From the NCBI GenBank assembly GCA_038496445.1, contig JALMLS010000420.1:496001-560000 (forward strand): a DNA stretch of 64,000 nucleotides. The letters are read 5' to 3'. Position numbers and translations under genes: made by a program. Positions 35,460-49,449 of the stretch are shown here, in pieces. The notes under the pieces were generated by a model, which worked only from the letters and a program-made list of their open reading frames with translations, was not told the DNA's origin and made no database searches. The DNA is from Trichosphaerium sp. ATCC 40318 (taxonomy: Eukaryota; Protista; Tubulinea). Every line of letters starts with the position of its first letter. The stretch's first letter is position 1.

Positions 35460-38400
35460 TTATGTTACACTATCGTCAGCGCCTGTAGTATGCAATAAAG
35501 AATACCGAGTAAAATACCAGCCAAAAATATACCCAGAACTAAACAAAAAAGTAAGTATGTTTGTACAACAAAGTCAAGCTCACCTATCCACAAGACCAAG
35601 AATCTGGATTGCTTTTTTAGTTTAAGATTATCCCTTTCTTCAATTGGTCCTATTGACTTTGGTACACACCCAATAAGGTTATCTGCTGGTATCTAATAAA
35701 AGTAAGAACAATTTACATATTTTAGCTATAGATTTTGTTGAGGCTTACCTGTTCGAATGCAAGTTTTCCTAACCGCTTCTCTGAAGTAGAAGCAACGAGA
35801 GATGTATAGTTAGATCCTGGTTTTAGATAAACAATAAGTGGAGATGCCCCTGTTACAAGGTGATCCTCACAAACTTTACGACCATCTCTGTTATCTTCCC
35901 TAAAAAAAAATAAGGTTCTGGTTCAAGAGCGATATTTAGGTTGCACGTGAACATACGTATATATTGAAGTTGTTATTGTTGATAAAATATTTGATGTTTC
36001 GGGGCAACCACTACGGAACTTAAACAAGTGAGGCCAAACATTCTTATTTTCAGTCAAAGAACTTGTGTTGAAGTAATCAGAAGTAAAATAATATCGTCTT
36101 CTCTTCCTTATACTGCAAGTAAACGTGGGAATAGTATAACTGGGATTAATCCATAAAGCGTCAGACTAAAGTGGGATAAAAAGGTTAGACAAGAAAGTTG
36201 CTAGAGAAAACAAAATTGTTTTTTTTCTATGGTTAAACCTTCGTTATCTCTTTACAATTTGGTTTCTTCGAATATTCTAGTGTGGCAACTATACGTCTTC
36301 TATTCAGCAACCAATTATCCGATGAGAGATAGATATATACTGTAAACAACTCGCCTTGTCGCGCTCTAAAACTTACAGTATGTTTACCAACATTCTCAGC
36401 TGCTGTAAAGGTTTTTGAACCAAGCAAATACCATCCATCACAAACAATCGTATTGGATGTTCTATTAAAAATCTGCGCATTTAAGCAATTTGGATTATGC
36501 CCACCCCGTGCTAGGATCCAGTTCCCTTGCGCAAAACTAGAACAAATTGGAAAATTACAAATGCTGTGGTATGTATTCATGGCGTACGCTCTCCTTCCGT
36601 TTAAGTTTTGAAAATGAATGTTAAATACGTAGTCTCGTGTACCATGGCTAGGTGCTTCAAAGGTTATATGGTGAACACCGTAAGCTACGTTTCTTCCAGG
36701 ACGTCTTTGTGGCTTACATAAGCCACATTCTTGTAGCCACCTTTTATAGTTTAGTATTTATTTTCTGAAGATTTATTGTATAGGAGCGCACGTGGGTGTA
36801 ATTTGGCCAGGTATGAAGTTAAATAGAGGTGAGATTTCCTCTACTTGAATGAATACATTACCTAACAAAATGAGGTGGACACTCTAGTTTAATATGTAGT
36901 TTTTATTCTAATTACCTTGCCCGTTCTTAATCAAAGAGTCACTTATTACTAGCATGTAGTTATCTGAAGATCTGCCATTGTAAAATATATTACTTGGTCT
37001 TTGACCGAACAGTCTAAAGCCCAAAGCAACCCTAAACATGAAGGTGAGCCTTTTATCTTAATCAATTGATAAAAGGAAATTGGATAGTACTCTCTGCATG
37101 AGCAAGGATTAATTGGAATAACTCCTCTCTTCACAAAAATGGAAGCTGACATATCTGTCCACTCACTGCTTCTATACACTTTGCAAAAGAATGATAAGAA
37201 AAAATTACGTGATTCAGGTTGAAAAGAAGTACCTGTTATTCTAATGGCATTAATATTACTCTTTTTGTGATGTGTAAAGTTAATCCAATAGCCATCTTCT
37301 TGGAGCCTTAAAATAAGTTTAGCTGAGGCCACAAAATCCAGTTAGTACTGTTCGCAATTTCTGGCTCTAGTCGCTCTAGTAGCTCTATTGATACACTTTC
37401 CGGTACCACTACAACCATTTCTGCTTATTCTACCTCCATAGTACACAACACTTTGGCTAATTTTTGGTACAATGACGGCAGGTTTTGGTTTGGTAGGTGG
37501 ATTTGATGGAGGTTTTATTGTACCACAAAGCTTTCCCTCCCAGCCTACTTCACATTTACAGCCACTTTCAGCTCTGAAAGAGCAGGTACCATGTTCACCA
37601 CACTCAAAATTACATTTTCCTTAAAAAGTAAAGTTAGACTAAAGAGGTGTCTACATTGCTCACGTGTAAGTAGGTATAATGTGTTTTTAGCGTCCACAAA
37701 TATTATGTTATCTCCATACAAGGAAAGCGAAACAACAGGAGCACTATGTCTATACACTGTTTGCGTTAGTTTTTAGTTTCAATCAAATATTTAGGTAGGT
37801 GCCTGTCTCTGAGATTTTCGGACTAAAAAGTCTTATGCGTCGTCCTGCATACTCGCATAATGCAAACAAGTCTTTGTCCAACGCTATAATGACACGTGGT
37901 TGGTTATAAGATACTGAGCCATTGTAGTCAATAGATTCGGCGACAGATCCTCCGAAGATTAGTTGTTCTTCACCTATTGCAATGTAAGCGTAGCGATTTA
38001 CCGTCTTCTGTACTTGTGATAGACTCAGTGTATATTACACGATTATTTCCAGTATCAATCCACTGCAACAATTAGTGATGCATTTCACGGAGAGTAACTT
38101 ACAGCATAACTCAACGAAGATTGCACAGCAACCGATGATGGTCTTAGTATGTTCGGCCTATGCATGTTAATTATCGATGTTGCGGATAAATACTTGCCAA
38201 TCACCAGCTTTGCACATACGAAACCTTCCAAATAACCTTACTTCACCTTTACGACCCAACGTACTAACGATACAGCCATAACTGAATGCTACCCAAATAC
38301 CTGTTCTTGTGTTAGCGACTGCTGTAACCTCCTACATGCCTAGGTCATTTACTTGCAAGCTTACTGGACCATATTGTCCTCTATTATCGGATGGACCTTC

Positions 38401-38972
38401 AAACAGTGCGCCCCATGTCCCTAAAAAAACAAAATCAGTGCATTTACCAGAAATCGCTAACAACCATTGTTGAGCGCATAATACTCAATTTGATCAGCGT
38501 CTCTAGCTGTTACATAAATTACCCCTTTATACAACGCCATTCCATCTGCAGTAAATGGTAAACACGTGTTTTAGAGTAATCACGTGCGTACAGGCACCAT
38601 GAATGCCCTTAAAATCATGTGACGAAGTAAGATCGTCTATAGCTATCACGGTGTTATTTACATTGTCCCTAAAGCGTCATTGTCAATGGGTAAGGACATA
38701 TACAGTTTTAGTCTTTTATCCATACAAAGCCTCTGTTATTTTTAGTTCTAGCAACTTATCTAAGCCTCCGTTGGTTGTTTGGCTTGTTATGAATACTCTC
38801 TTGTCTTCTGTTCCTAAGAGTCCACTAATACTGTATTATATTACCTGAGTAGATATCATAGTTACTTGATAGTGTTGTTGTGCCGATATATTCTCGTTAC
38901 CGTATACGAAAATGGAGACGCGCTGTAAATAACGGCGATCAGTATAAACAAAGTAATCACAGCGGTCAGCAT
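35460..38972 (-). CDS. Secreted multi-domain protein: propeller-like N-terminus, Pro-rich linker, unknown beta-rich C-terminal domains
   Basis: Signal peptide MLTAVITLFILIAVIYSA; blade-like segments YGMALYKGVIYVT and SLSLYGDNIIFVD; linker PPSNPPTKPKP; many in-frame exons. Confidence 0.6.
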
Positions 38973-39218
38973 AGCCTATGCATGCCAATACTGTTCCGGA
39001 GAAACAAAAGGACCCAGATTATCCGATTTGGTAAAATAGCCAAAGTGAATGTTGCTGTTTTGAGCTTTTTGGGATATAAGTATATGTAGTTATGAGTGTG
39101 ACGCGCGTTAGGAACATTTGTACCACCAGAAAATCAGCCTGTATTGGTTCATGAACTCGTTTAAGTCTGAGACTTTCGCTACCATACATTTGCTCCAAAG
39201 CGCATTTGCCACGTGCTG

Positions 39219-42200
39219 ATGGCCTTTATGCTGCGCGCTCAGCGTGTCAGTATGAGCAAAAGACGTAAATACAAGCGAAGACATCAAAAACGCTTCTATA
39301 CGACAAACAGAGTCAGAAATAAATATGTGCAAGTCCCTATAGATGCTGTGTGGGGATTTGCTGGTTCGTTAGGCTGTTTCTTATTAGATTTAACCTCTTT
39401 GTTGTAGAATCATCGTGGAAGAGTATATTAGCAGCTCTAGGCGTAGGGTGTTGCTTAGGAGGTGCTTATTACATATTTAACTCAGGTATGTCTAAATTCA
39501 GTATTAAACTGTTAAATATCGGTTGAAATGGCATAAAAACGCGTTTTTAAAGCAAGTATAAAATAATCGGTTAACCTCATCAAAGATACCGCTATTAGAA
39601 AGCAATGCGTCTCAACAATGCTCCCATTCTATATAGACTTTCTGAGAGACCCATCTCACGACTTTCTTGAGCGTAGAGCGGCTCTTGACATTGCTTACAT
39701 AACTGGAGACGGTAAGTGCTTTTTTAACTATTGGGAAATCTGATTTCTCTTTAGAGGACTATGCGATGACAATACTGGATACGGGTGGTATGGATGCTTT
39801 ACTGAGATGCATACGTCACAATGAAGATCCTGCTGTTTGGGAAAGTCTCACAGAGGCTATGAAAAATATGGCTCAATTTTGTAAGCTGTTTTTTTATCGC
39901 ATTTGGTTCTATCACTTTAACTCTCTGACACTACTCATTAAAGCGAAAACAAGATCGCGGTTGATTGAAAAGGGATTTCTTGGGGAATTGAGAAAGTTAT
40001 CAATGCTTGAGGCAGCTGGCATACAACAATACGTTTCAGCTACTATTATTGAGTTATTGACACATGGTAATTGGTTTTTGATTGTACACATGCTGACCAC
40101 GTGACTTAGCTGAATTGACCGGTACTGTTCTGTCCGAAGTAGGTGCTGATGGGTTGGTAAACCTTATGGGTTCTCCATCGTACAATACTGTAATATCAGC
40201 AGCGTTGGCTCAGTTAACAATCTTGGGTATGGTTCTGAATTTCATGAACTTTGACTAAAATGGTCTCTCAGAGACGTTCAATAATTATGAACGTGTACGT
40301 GGTGAAACTTTTCAGCTACTTAAAGCACTTGCATTATGTGATGATATGATGGTTAAACAAAACGTTGGTAGTACAATAGCCAACCTTGCTCATCAATGTA
40401 CAGTTAATCTCTCCGTTTTTTTGCTAATACAGTTATGTAGTTGATGACGAAGTGATGAAGGACAATTTGAGCGTTTGTCTCGAAATTTTATCAGCTTTAT
40501 CACGAACAGAAGACGACAATGTGCTCAAACATGTATCAAGAGCAATAGCAAACTTTACTTCAACACGTACTTTCTCATTGTTGTATTATGGTTAACTTTT
40601 GTCTTTTTAGAATATCGAGAAGAGGCAAAGACTTGGTTACCTTTTCTTTATGACAGCGCAGAATCTGAGGACGTAGACAGACAACTTACAGGCCTTGTGG
40701 CAATTGCTAACATGGTCAAGAGCGGTAAGGGAAATTTTTATTATCTTCTTTTATAAGTGTTATTACAGAAGTTATCGCTTCAGAAGTTCTTAAAAATGGG
40801 CGTGTATTAAATCAAATAAACCATTTGATGGATTCTACTAGCGGAAACGAAAACTGTGATGCTCAAATGGCACGAATTTGTCATAACTTGGCGCTTCATG
40901 GTACTTAGCATAGTGATAGAATGCGTTAAGATCCAACGTTAATCACATGCATAGAGGACTTGCGAGAGACATTATGGATTAAGCTAGGGCCTGTACCGAT
41001 GAGTATGGATGTTTGAACAAGGTAGTACTTATTGTTCGTAGTTAAGCTTGGTAACACAATAGCACACTCAGATGTTCCAACTTCGTTACTTTCTGCAAAT
41101 GCACTGGCTTTATTGGCTAGTACACGTGCGCTTTTTCAATACCTTTGTGATTAGGCCTTTTGACTAGTACTAGCATATGTTGCTGAGTCGATAGCGAATG
41201 ATGATACTGAAGAAGCTTGGGCTACGATAATATATTGGTCTAAGCATAAAAACATTGAACTCAGAAGATGTGCTTTTCGTATCGTTGCTAACATAGCTAT
41301 GGATTGTACGTTAATTCTCTCAGCGCAATCTTATTGATTTGTTCAGCATCTTCACTAAAAGTTCTACGCCAACGTTCTGACTTTGACAGAATAGTATCAC
41401 GTGGTACTGCGTCTACAACACGTGCTTACCAGTGCTAAAATTGTTTAGGGTTGAAAGCATCTGATAATTTTATATTATCAGAGACAATACGAATACAAGC
41501 TGCTATTATCAATGAAGGTGAAACTTTATATAAATCAGCTGTATTACTAATCTTTCACAAGATACTGCTGGTCCTATTTATGGTGATGACATGTATTTAA
41601 TGTATCCTCTACCAGACACGGATTCAAGACCTGAAGATTCTTATGATATTGATATTGTTTTCATTCATGGCATTACAGGCGATCCAATTCAAACATGGAA
41701 CACAGGGTGAGAATGACAAACAATAGTTTGACTTAAAAGTTTGATATAGAGAAGCTGTTTGGCCACGAGATTGGCTTCCTTTAGACTTTCCAAATGCTCG
41801 AGTGCTATCACTAGGGTACCACTGTGATATCACGCAATGGGGAGGTGTACGCACTTTTGGTTTTTCAAGCATAGCACTAAATGAGTACATAGGGTTCGGC
41901 GGCACCTCTTGACATGCAGACACAGGAAGTTATTGAAAAGTTAAAACTAGCTCGAGTTGGAACACGCCCAACTATTTTTATATGTCATAGTTATGGAGGT
42001 ATCGTAGCAAAGAGCTTCTTACTACTTTCACAACAAGAAGAGGTAAGAATCAAACAAACAAAATCAGTATCTGTTTTCAACAATCTAATTTTTCTTTAGG
42101 CTTACAGAAGCATACTTGAGCATACGAAAGGTATTGTATTTTATAGCACACCACACTTGGGAAGTGAGTTGGCAAGCTCTGTTTTTGAGCCTTACTTCTT

Positions 42201-42650
42201 CCGTGGTACTGAGGCAGTCAAGGTACATTTGATTATGGTGCTGTACTCATTTGGTCTCACTGTTAAAAATAGACAGTAAAACCATCAGAAGTATTGATAA
42301 AGCTTAATGCTGATATTGCTTCAATCCAACATTTGAGCACCCTTTCGTTTGGCGAGGCTCCGACTCAAATAAATATTGGTGCCAATCTACCCGCACTAAA
42401 GGTGCGCACTCACTTGTGTAAAGCAGTCAGCTGACCTAATTTCTGTAGATAGTGAGCGATGAGTCTGCAAGCGCTTTAGCGCCTTTGGTACGACAACATG
42501 GAAAGGGAAGAAATATTTAACATAATTTAGGGCGAGAATCACAGATACTTCCCTACTGAGTTAGATCACAGAGATGTATGTAAACCTCCCAGTAGAGAAG
42601 ATGAATATTACATAATTGTTTGTGATTCAATAAAAGAGTGGGTGGCTTGA
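39219..42650 (+). CDS. SERAC1: SERAC1-like protein (targeting peptide, TM, ARM repeats, alpha/beta hydrolase)
   Basis: Arg-rich N-terminus, TM segment, ARM-like helices, DIVFIHGITGDPIQTW, WPRDWLPLDFPNARVLSLGY, FICHSYGGIVAK, FYSTPHLGS, DHRDVCKP. Confidence 0.8.
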
Positions 42651-42882
42651 GATGTAAAGTTGCTAGCTAACCAAGATTGCGCTCTGTAGACAAAACTCGT
42701 ACTACATTTGGGAGTCGCCTGTTATAAAGGTTATCATCCGATACCTTCATATTCCTTTGTGAATATTTGCACGTGTGCAACTTGAGAAGCAACCAACTTT
42801 CTGCAAAATTTCTCATTAAGTACGTGTACATTAAGTTGGTTTTGTTTGTCAAGTTCAGTACAAAAAGTCAGTATTAGAACAA

Positions 42883-43323
42883 ATGGCAACACTAGCACAA
42901 AGACAAGCTGAAGGCGGAGAGATTTTGAAAGGTCTCCTTCAATCTGGTGCTGACGTAGAATTAATGGAAAAAATGGGCACCATTGATGTGTGGAGCATCC
43001 CAGAAGACCTCACAGCTGACGAAAAGAAAAAATTCAACGAGATTTACCAAAAGGGCTGGGAAACGCGATTTGTAAAGATGAACAACGTAGAAAAGGTGTT
43101 CAATGAGTTACGGTCCAAAAAGAAAAAGGAAACTATGTTTGAGTTAAAACTAACCAAACCAGGTACGTCGTTACTAGGCCTTGCGTAGTACGAATGCTGA
43201 CGCTAATTAGCTGCCTATACATGGAAAATTAAGGCTGTGGTTGAAGACGACAAGCGTAGGCTCGCAAAAGTAATCAAAAAGGAGGGCGTAGCTAAATACA
43301 TCACTTTTGTTGACAACGAATAA
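42883..43323 (+). CDS. Small hypothetical protein (2 exons)
   Basis: ATG in an A-rich context; intron 43162-43210 restores the frame to ...KYITFVDNE*. Confidence 0.65.
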
Positions 43324-43442
43324 TAACCTTTCGAAAAACATCAAAATAAGGACCAAAATCGCTCCAAAGCAATGTACAATACATACAATTCAAAATTCTC
43401 GCTTTAAAATTTATACATTGGCAAACAATACGAACAAACGAC

Positions 43443-44616
43443 CTAGAACACATCATCAGAACTTAAAAGAGCGTATTCCGACAACCAAAACAAAAACAAA
43501 CGCCAACAAAGCGTTAAAACCTTTTTTTTTTCTTTTTTTTTTTTCGGTTCAACTTTAAAACTACCCTGTCCACGTACGCATGTCACAGAACAAAACACTG
43601 ATATGCATTGCATCGATATAGACGTCAGCACAATAGAATCAAGATACTCTTTACATCCGGTAGACACTGCCATTATAACGATCCCGTATATTACCCAAGC
43701 GAATATAAACGCAACGTATAGGTGCGCTACTATTATAGAGACCCAGTAGGCTATCGTAGACACAGGATTTGGTAACAACTAAGTGAGTTGATTAGGCACA
43801 TGTGGAACTTTTTTGAACGTAAAACAAGTACGTACAAAAGTCGCTAAGGTACCAAAACAGATCACGAAAATTGCTCCTATCCTGCACGCTCCATCAATCA
43901 GTGACCACAGAGGTAGATCAATAGCTATTATCAGCGATTATGTTAGCTACAAATCGATGTTTGGAGTAATTTTTTTTTTTGATGTGTCATTTTCCAAGAT
44001 GATTTTTTTTCTTGACGTACAGTAAGCGTTTGTACATTTTACGTCTTCATGTAGATCAGCATAGTATATCTCCATACAAGAGAGTATGACAATGAACACA
44101 AAAATAACCACCAAGCTCCACAAACAACACTTTAAGTGTTTCTTCGGTTTAACAACACCAGTATTACTACCGCTATCATTATCTTGAAAATCCAACGCTT
44201 CAATGTAGGCGTCTTGCCCAGAATTTGATTTTTTATCATGAATCACTGTAAACCGCAAATTTGTGTTATTTGTTGATATCACGTGGTGCCTATGTCAACG
44301 AGTGAAAAGTTGTCACCAGTTTTGGGAAAGAAAAACCGAAGGAAGCTTGTACCACGCTTTACAAGTTCTGTTGGCGCTCAGAACGGTTTTTTGATCCAAA
44401 AAAGTAAATAAATGAGCCCATACGTCAATAGGTATGCCTGCTACTGTATCAACGCGAAAAAGAGACCTATAGAGGAGGTGAACAATCAGATTTTTTTTTT
44501 GATAAAAATGTTGAAATAAATGGAGTTTCAACGCACTGAGTGCTCTCTGTAGAAGTGTCAGAAGTTTGTCCGCTTAATAATGGCTCTAAAAGAGTTTTTC
44601 TGCTGGATAGATTCAT
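43443..44616 (-). CDS. F-box protein with multiple transmembrane segments (3' end uncertain)
   Basis: VAGIPIDVWAHLFTFLDQKTVLSANRTCKAW (F-box), followed by about 4 hydrophobic segments. Confidence 0.72.
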
Positions 44617-45066
44617 GAGAGGGTTGAAATAACGCTTTAAGCTCTTTTGACACCGGCAGGTTTGGAATGAGGCACCAAATGGTTGTGGAGAGAAGCTTTC
44701 ACGGAAAGAGCCTCTTGAAGAAGTTTGCTTGACCTTTTAACGGGTTTTTTGTACCAGAAAACGCGGTAATGAGTTATGGAAGGCGTGCTCCTGTTTATTG
44801 CAAAAACCGCGTTACCACCGAGGAGTACGATAATGAAGGGCTTTCGTTTACGGAGAGAGAAATGGCAAAACTGTACAGGGCTATGCAAGCTAACCCAAAG
44901 CTTGTAAAGAAGACTAAGGTAAGTAAGTAGTATCATTTTCCAGACTTTCCTCTCTAATCCAAAACCAAAGTACTACCAGAAGCACAGAAAGGACTGCGAT
45001 AAGTCTCATGATAAATGCCGCTCAAAGGCTCGAAAAAATTACAAAAAAGCTTACAGTAACCGTGGG

Positions 45067-45785
45067 ATGACCAATCATCGCCGTGAAGAGTATCAGTGCT
45101 TCTCTACGTCGGATAATTACTTCCAAACGTCAAATTCTCCAGAGCGGCCCGTTCGTCCAGAGAATGTGCACTACGCTGAAATGCTTGACTATATAACGGT
45201 TCCAGCGACGTGGTTTCAGCGTTTGTGCGCTGGTATTGTCGATATATTTATATTTTATCTTGTGGTCATTTGTGCTTACAGCAGGATCTTTATTCTCATC
45301 TCTATAATTCTCTCGGCCGTTCAAATGTATTACTTCTTTTGGTCACAAGTACGTTCATACTTACTGAATCTTTTTCAAGGTGTAGACAGCAAACAAGCCA
45401 CGTGATTGGTTTTTTTGTTTTAATCCAAATCGGTTATTCTTTTTTTTCTTTCTTTTTTTTCTTTTCTGACGCCGTTGCTAACTGCTTATACAAGACGTAT
45501 GGAAAGAGTCTTTTTGGTATTTTCGTTGGGGACTCATTAACTAAAACGCGCATGACTTTTCGTAAAATGGCTGCACGTGAGGGAATAAAGATGTACGTCG
45601 TTTGACTTCTCTTTGGTGAAAAAAAATTAAAATAAAGATTAATCTATCTTAGGCTATGTACCATACCTTTGACCATACCTTTCCAAATAGTAGCATGTGT
45701 GCTCACAACAAGGCTTATTCATGATTATTTAGTGAATACAACAGTGTACAGAGTGTCACCATTGACGAGAAAATTAAGATCGTGA
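45067..45785 (+). CDS. RDD-family membrane protein
   Basis: PATWFQRLCAGIVD, TYGKSLFGIFV, LIHDYLVNTTV (R-D-D signature). Confidence 0.85.
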
Positions 45786-46589
45786 TGACATGAAAAAAAA
45801 AATACTGTAAAAACCAATTGTAATTTTGATTACTCAACAAACTCTTAAATATCAAATACTCCCATCCGAATAAGTTGTTTGTCCTCAATTGTATCCATAT
45901 TGTTAATGACATGAAAAGGCTTCCAGTGTGAAATACAAATTATAGTTTAAAACAAGTATTCGTATGTGCTTTGTATGTCCACCAAGGTGAACACATTCAT
46001 TAAAGTGTTGTGAGTTTAACGATTTCAGCGATCAGCTATATAAAAAAAAAGCAGAGGAAGCAGCGCTTTGTCATTTCTGATCTAAACACGAACTCCTAAC
46101 GTTCATCAGACTGAATATTTTAAGGTATGTTAGAAGTGCCTACACAAAAACAGACTGCCGGATTAAAAAAACGGTTTTTTTTGGGCACGTGTAGCTAGAA
46201 TTGAAGAATATTAAAGCGTAGTCTATAAACCACAACAACGTGTTGTCGGAAATGCCCTCAGGGTTTTTGTATTAAATGTCCACGTACAACGCTATACAAA
46301 GAGTCACACTGGGTTATCCTACGCGTAAAGACCGCACAGAGGATGAAATTATAGTGTATGTCAGTTGGAAGAGTCTTTGCTCTTTTAGCTGTAAGGTGAC
46401 TTCAGTACTACCAAAGCGTTCGTCCGACCATAGTTTTCAATGGTTTTTGACTCACGTGTCAGTTAAGAATTTTCATAGTTTTACCTGCGTTTGTTGTTTT
46501 TGCACTTTTTATGCTGAACGTAAAACTTTCATAAGTAAATCACTTACCTAAATACTTTTTAAAATGCTTACTTTTTTCATCAGAAATAA

Positions 46590-48146
46590 ATGTCTTCTTT
46601 GCTTGATCTTCCACACGAAATTCAAAGATATATCTGTACATTCAATGTTGAAGCTTTCACAAAGTTCCACACATTATCAAAGAAAGCAGCAACCAATACT
46701 CATTTTGATGAATTATTAGAACGTAAAGGGAAATGGATTGCATGGTACAAAAGTGGAAAAGTATGGTGTCACGAATATGCTAAAAATGGACAATGCAACA
46801 AATGGTACGAAAGTGGACAACTTAAGATACAATTCATGATGGTTGATGGTAAAAATCATGGTGTTACCAATGAGTGGTATGAACATGGGCAACTTGCAGT
46901 TCAAGCAGTGTTTGTTGATGGAAAGCAACATGGTGAAGCCAAGGAATGGTACAAGAATGGAATACTTATGGCACAAAGCACGTGGGTTGAAAACAACCTA
47001 AATGGTGAAGGTAAAATATGGCATGACAATGGACAACTGGGACACCAAAGTACGAGGGTTGATGGTAAACTACACGGAGAAGTCAAAGAGTGGCATACCA
47101 ATGGACAACTGTCAAGACAAAGCATGTGGATTCATGGAAAACAAATTGGTGAATTTAAGGAGTGGCACAAGAACGGACAACTTATGACACAAAGCACATA
47201 TGTTGATGGAAAACAACACGGTGGAGTATTTCACTGGTACGATAATGGACAACTAGAAGTTCAGGGATTGTGGCTAAAGGGCATAAGAAGTGGTGACTTA
47301 ACATCATGGTATGAAAACGGACAACTGAAGGCACATTGTGTATTTGTTGATGGAAAATGGCATGGAGAAGTCAAGAAGTGGTATGAAAATGGCCAACTTC
47401 AAGCACAAGCCATGATGGTTGACAATAAAGAAAATGGCAAAGTCACAAAGTGGTATGAGAATGGACAGCTTAAGACACAAAACATGCGGGTTGATGGTAA
47501 ATACCACGGTGAACTGAAGCATTGGTACAGCAATGGGCAACCAAAGCATCAATCCACATGGATTGATGATAACCAAATTGGTGAACACAAAGAGTGGTAT
47601 GAGAATGGACAACTTGAGGAAATAGCCATGTGGGTTGACGGTGAACAAAATGGTGAAACTAAAAAATGGTATGAAACTGGCGAAATTCAGCGAATTGCCA
47701 TTATGGTAGATGGAAATCAAAATGGTGAACAAAAAGAGTGGTATAAAAACGGACAACTTAAAGCGCAAAGTATGTGGGTTGATGGTAAAAAACATGGCGA
47801 ATCTAAAGAGTGGTACAGCAATGGGCAACTTAAGATACAAGCTATGTGGGCTAATGGTTACCAAAATGGTGATGAGAGAGCATGGAATGAAAATGGACAA
47901 CTTATGGAGCAATATATAAGCGTTGGAAACGGCCTATATGAACTTACAAGGTGGTACAGTAATGGACAACTTGCACTACACTCAACAGATGTTGATGGGT
48001 TGCAGACCGGTGAGTTCAAGGAGTGGTATGAGAATGGACAGCTTAAGGAACAAAGCATGTGGGTCAATGGAAAGTTGGACGGCGAAAAGAAACTGTGGAC
48101 TGAGAATGGAAAGCCAATGGCAGAGCATGTCATTGCAAGTGAATAG
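46590..48146 (+). CDS. Intronless F-box-like protein with about 18 MORN-variant repeats
   Basis: MSSLLDLPHEIQRYI (F-box-like); 24-aa repeat VDGKxHGExKEWYENGQL. Confidence 0.88.
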   Translation: MSSLLDLPHEIQRYICTFNVEAFTKFHTLSKKAATNTHFDELLERKGKWIAWYKSGKVWCHEYAKNGQCNKWYESGQLKIQFMMVDGKNHGVTNEWYEHGQLAVQAVFVDGKQHGEAKEWYKNGILMAQSTWVENNLNGEGKIWHDNGQLGHQSTRVDGKLHGEVKEWHTNGQLSRQSMWIHGKQIGEFKEWHKNGQLMTQSTYVDGKQHGGVFHWYDNGQLEVQGLWLKGIRSGDLTSWYENGQLKAHCVFVDGKWHGEVKKWYENGQLQAQAMMVDNKENGKVTKWYENGQLKTQNMRVDGKYHGELKHWYSNGQPKHQSTWIDDNQIGEHKEWYENGQLEEIAMWVDGEQNGETKKWYETGEIQRIAIMVDGNQNGEQKEWYKNGQLKAQSMWVDGKKHGESKEWYSNGQLKIQAMWANGYQNGDERAWNENGQLMEQYISVGNGLYELTRWYSNGQLALHSTDVDGLQTGEFKEWYENGQLKEQSMWVNGKLDGEKKLWTENGKPMAEHVIASE

Positions 48147-48495
48147 TTTTTTGCAACAAGCAAGAAAACAGACAGCACCAGTAGTGCAGTGTAGAAAAGA
48201 AAACACAATAAAAAAAATTGCCATACTATATGGGAAGAAACTGTCCAACATTGAACGTTACCCAAAGCTTCTGAGCTCCAAGGAACAAGCACAACAATAA
48301 AAAAAAACTATCAATAAAAATTCTCGAGCTTGCTGAGAATACCCATAGTAGTATGTACCCCCTTTACACAGTGTAGACGAAGCAAGGCTAATAACAATCT
48401 GGTGTACACCAGTATCAGTGAAATTCAAATAAAAGCCTGAATTGAAGTGTATTCCGAACGTCTTTTTAGTTGAGAGCATTTATTTTCCTGCTACA

Positions 48496-48729
48496 TCAGT
48501 AGTTATTATACTGCGAGTCTCTAGCTTCTCTTGCGTCTTGTTGGTACGCGTCCTTGAATGCGCTTATTATTGCATCGGTTTCTTCCTCCTCACCTGGTTT
48601 TAACCCGTAGGAGGCTTGGAAATTGCGATAACCGCCATAGCTCTTTGTAATAGAATAAGAACTTGGTCTGGGTACATCGTTATCGTTGTTGCTTTGCGAA
48701 TAGCTATTGTTGGCGTTATTGCGTGACAT
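48496..48729 (-). CDS. Small intronless hypothetical protein (GGxxNFxxSYGLKP motif)
   Basis: 77-aa ORF with coding-like composition. The motif YGGYRNFQASYGLKP is, from memory, like that of small uncharacterised eukaryotic proteins. Confidence 0.6.
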   Translation of the reverse strand: MSRNNANNSYSQSNNDNDVPRPSSYSITKSYGGYRNFQASYGLKPGEEEETDAIISAFKDAYQQDAREARDSQYNNY

Positions 48730-48883
48730 GTTAATCTAAAAAAAATTGCTTAGACACTCACATATCTTATTGTATTGACACAAGCGTACGTGCCTCACAG
48801 AAGCCTAAACCGTAGAGTAAATGTTGTCTGGAATTGACCAAGTGGCATTCAAAAATTAACTCGCTCTTCCGTCCGTCATTTTC

Positions 48884-49035
48884 CTTTCCATACACTGTCA
48901 AAGAAAGCAACAATCAATGCTCATTTTGATAAATCATTAAACCGGAAAATGGATCAAATGGTACAACAGCGGAAATAAAGGTACAATGTGGGTTGATGGA
49001 AAACAACAAGGCGAGATGAAACAATGATACCAAGG
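48884..49035 (+). pseudogene. Decayed copy of the 5' part of the 46590 F-box/MORN gene
   Basis: ttccatacactgtcaaagaaagcaacaatcaatgctcattttgata aligns to 46665-46710. It continues with aaatggat..atggtacaa and tgggttgatggaaaacaa and contains indels and a TGG>TGA change. Confidence 0.8.
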
Positions 49036-49449
49036 GCAAACCAGTGCTAGAATGATAAGGATTTGAGCAAAAGGTAATAAACCAGGCAGCTTTCCAAGAA
49101 ATCTACACCATTTTTTAAGATGGTACATTACCCGCTTGTTCTACAATTCATATCACAAAGTAGTATTGTACCTATACAAGAATTGGAAGATTTTACACCT
49201 GCCTCTATCTTATATCACTTTCAGTACTCGCATTGGAGCTCAAAAAACACGTGATTTTTTTTCAACATATTTTGTTTCTCTCGAAAGGGTAGAAAGTTGA
49301 TATCCTTTGTAAATTGATTGAAATCACGTTTATTTGCGTTTCATTGATTAAAAGTAGATTGGTTAAATGTCACTCATCACCAGACGTATATTTTAGCCTT
49401 ATGTTACCACGTGTCTGATAAGAGAAGATTACACGACCTTTGGTTTATA

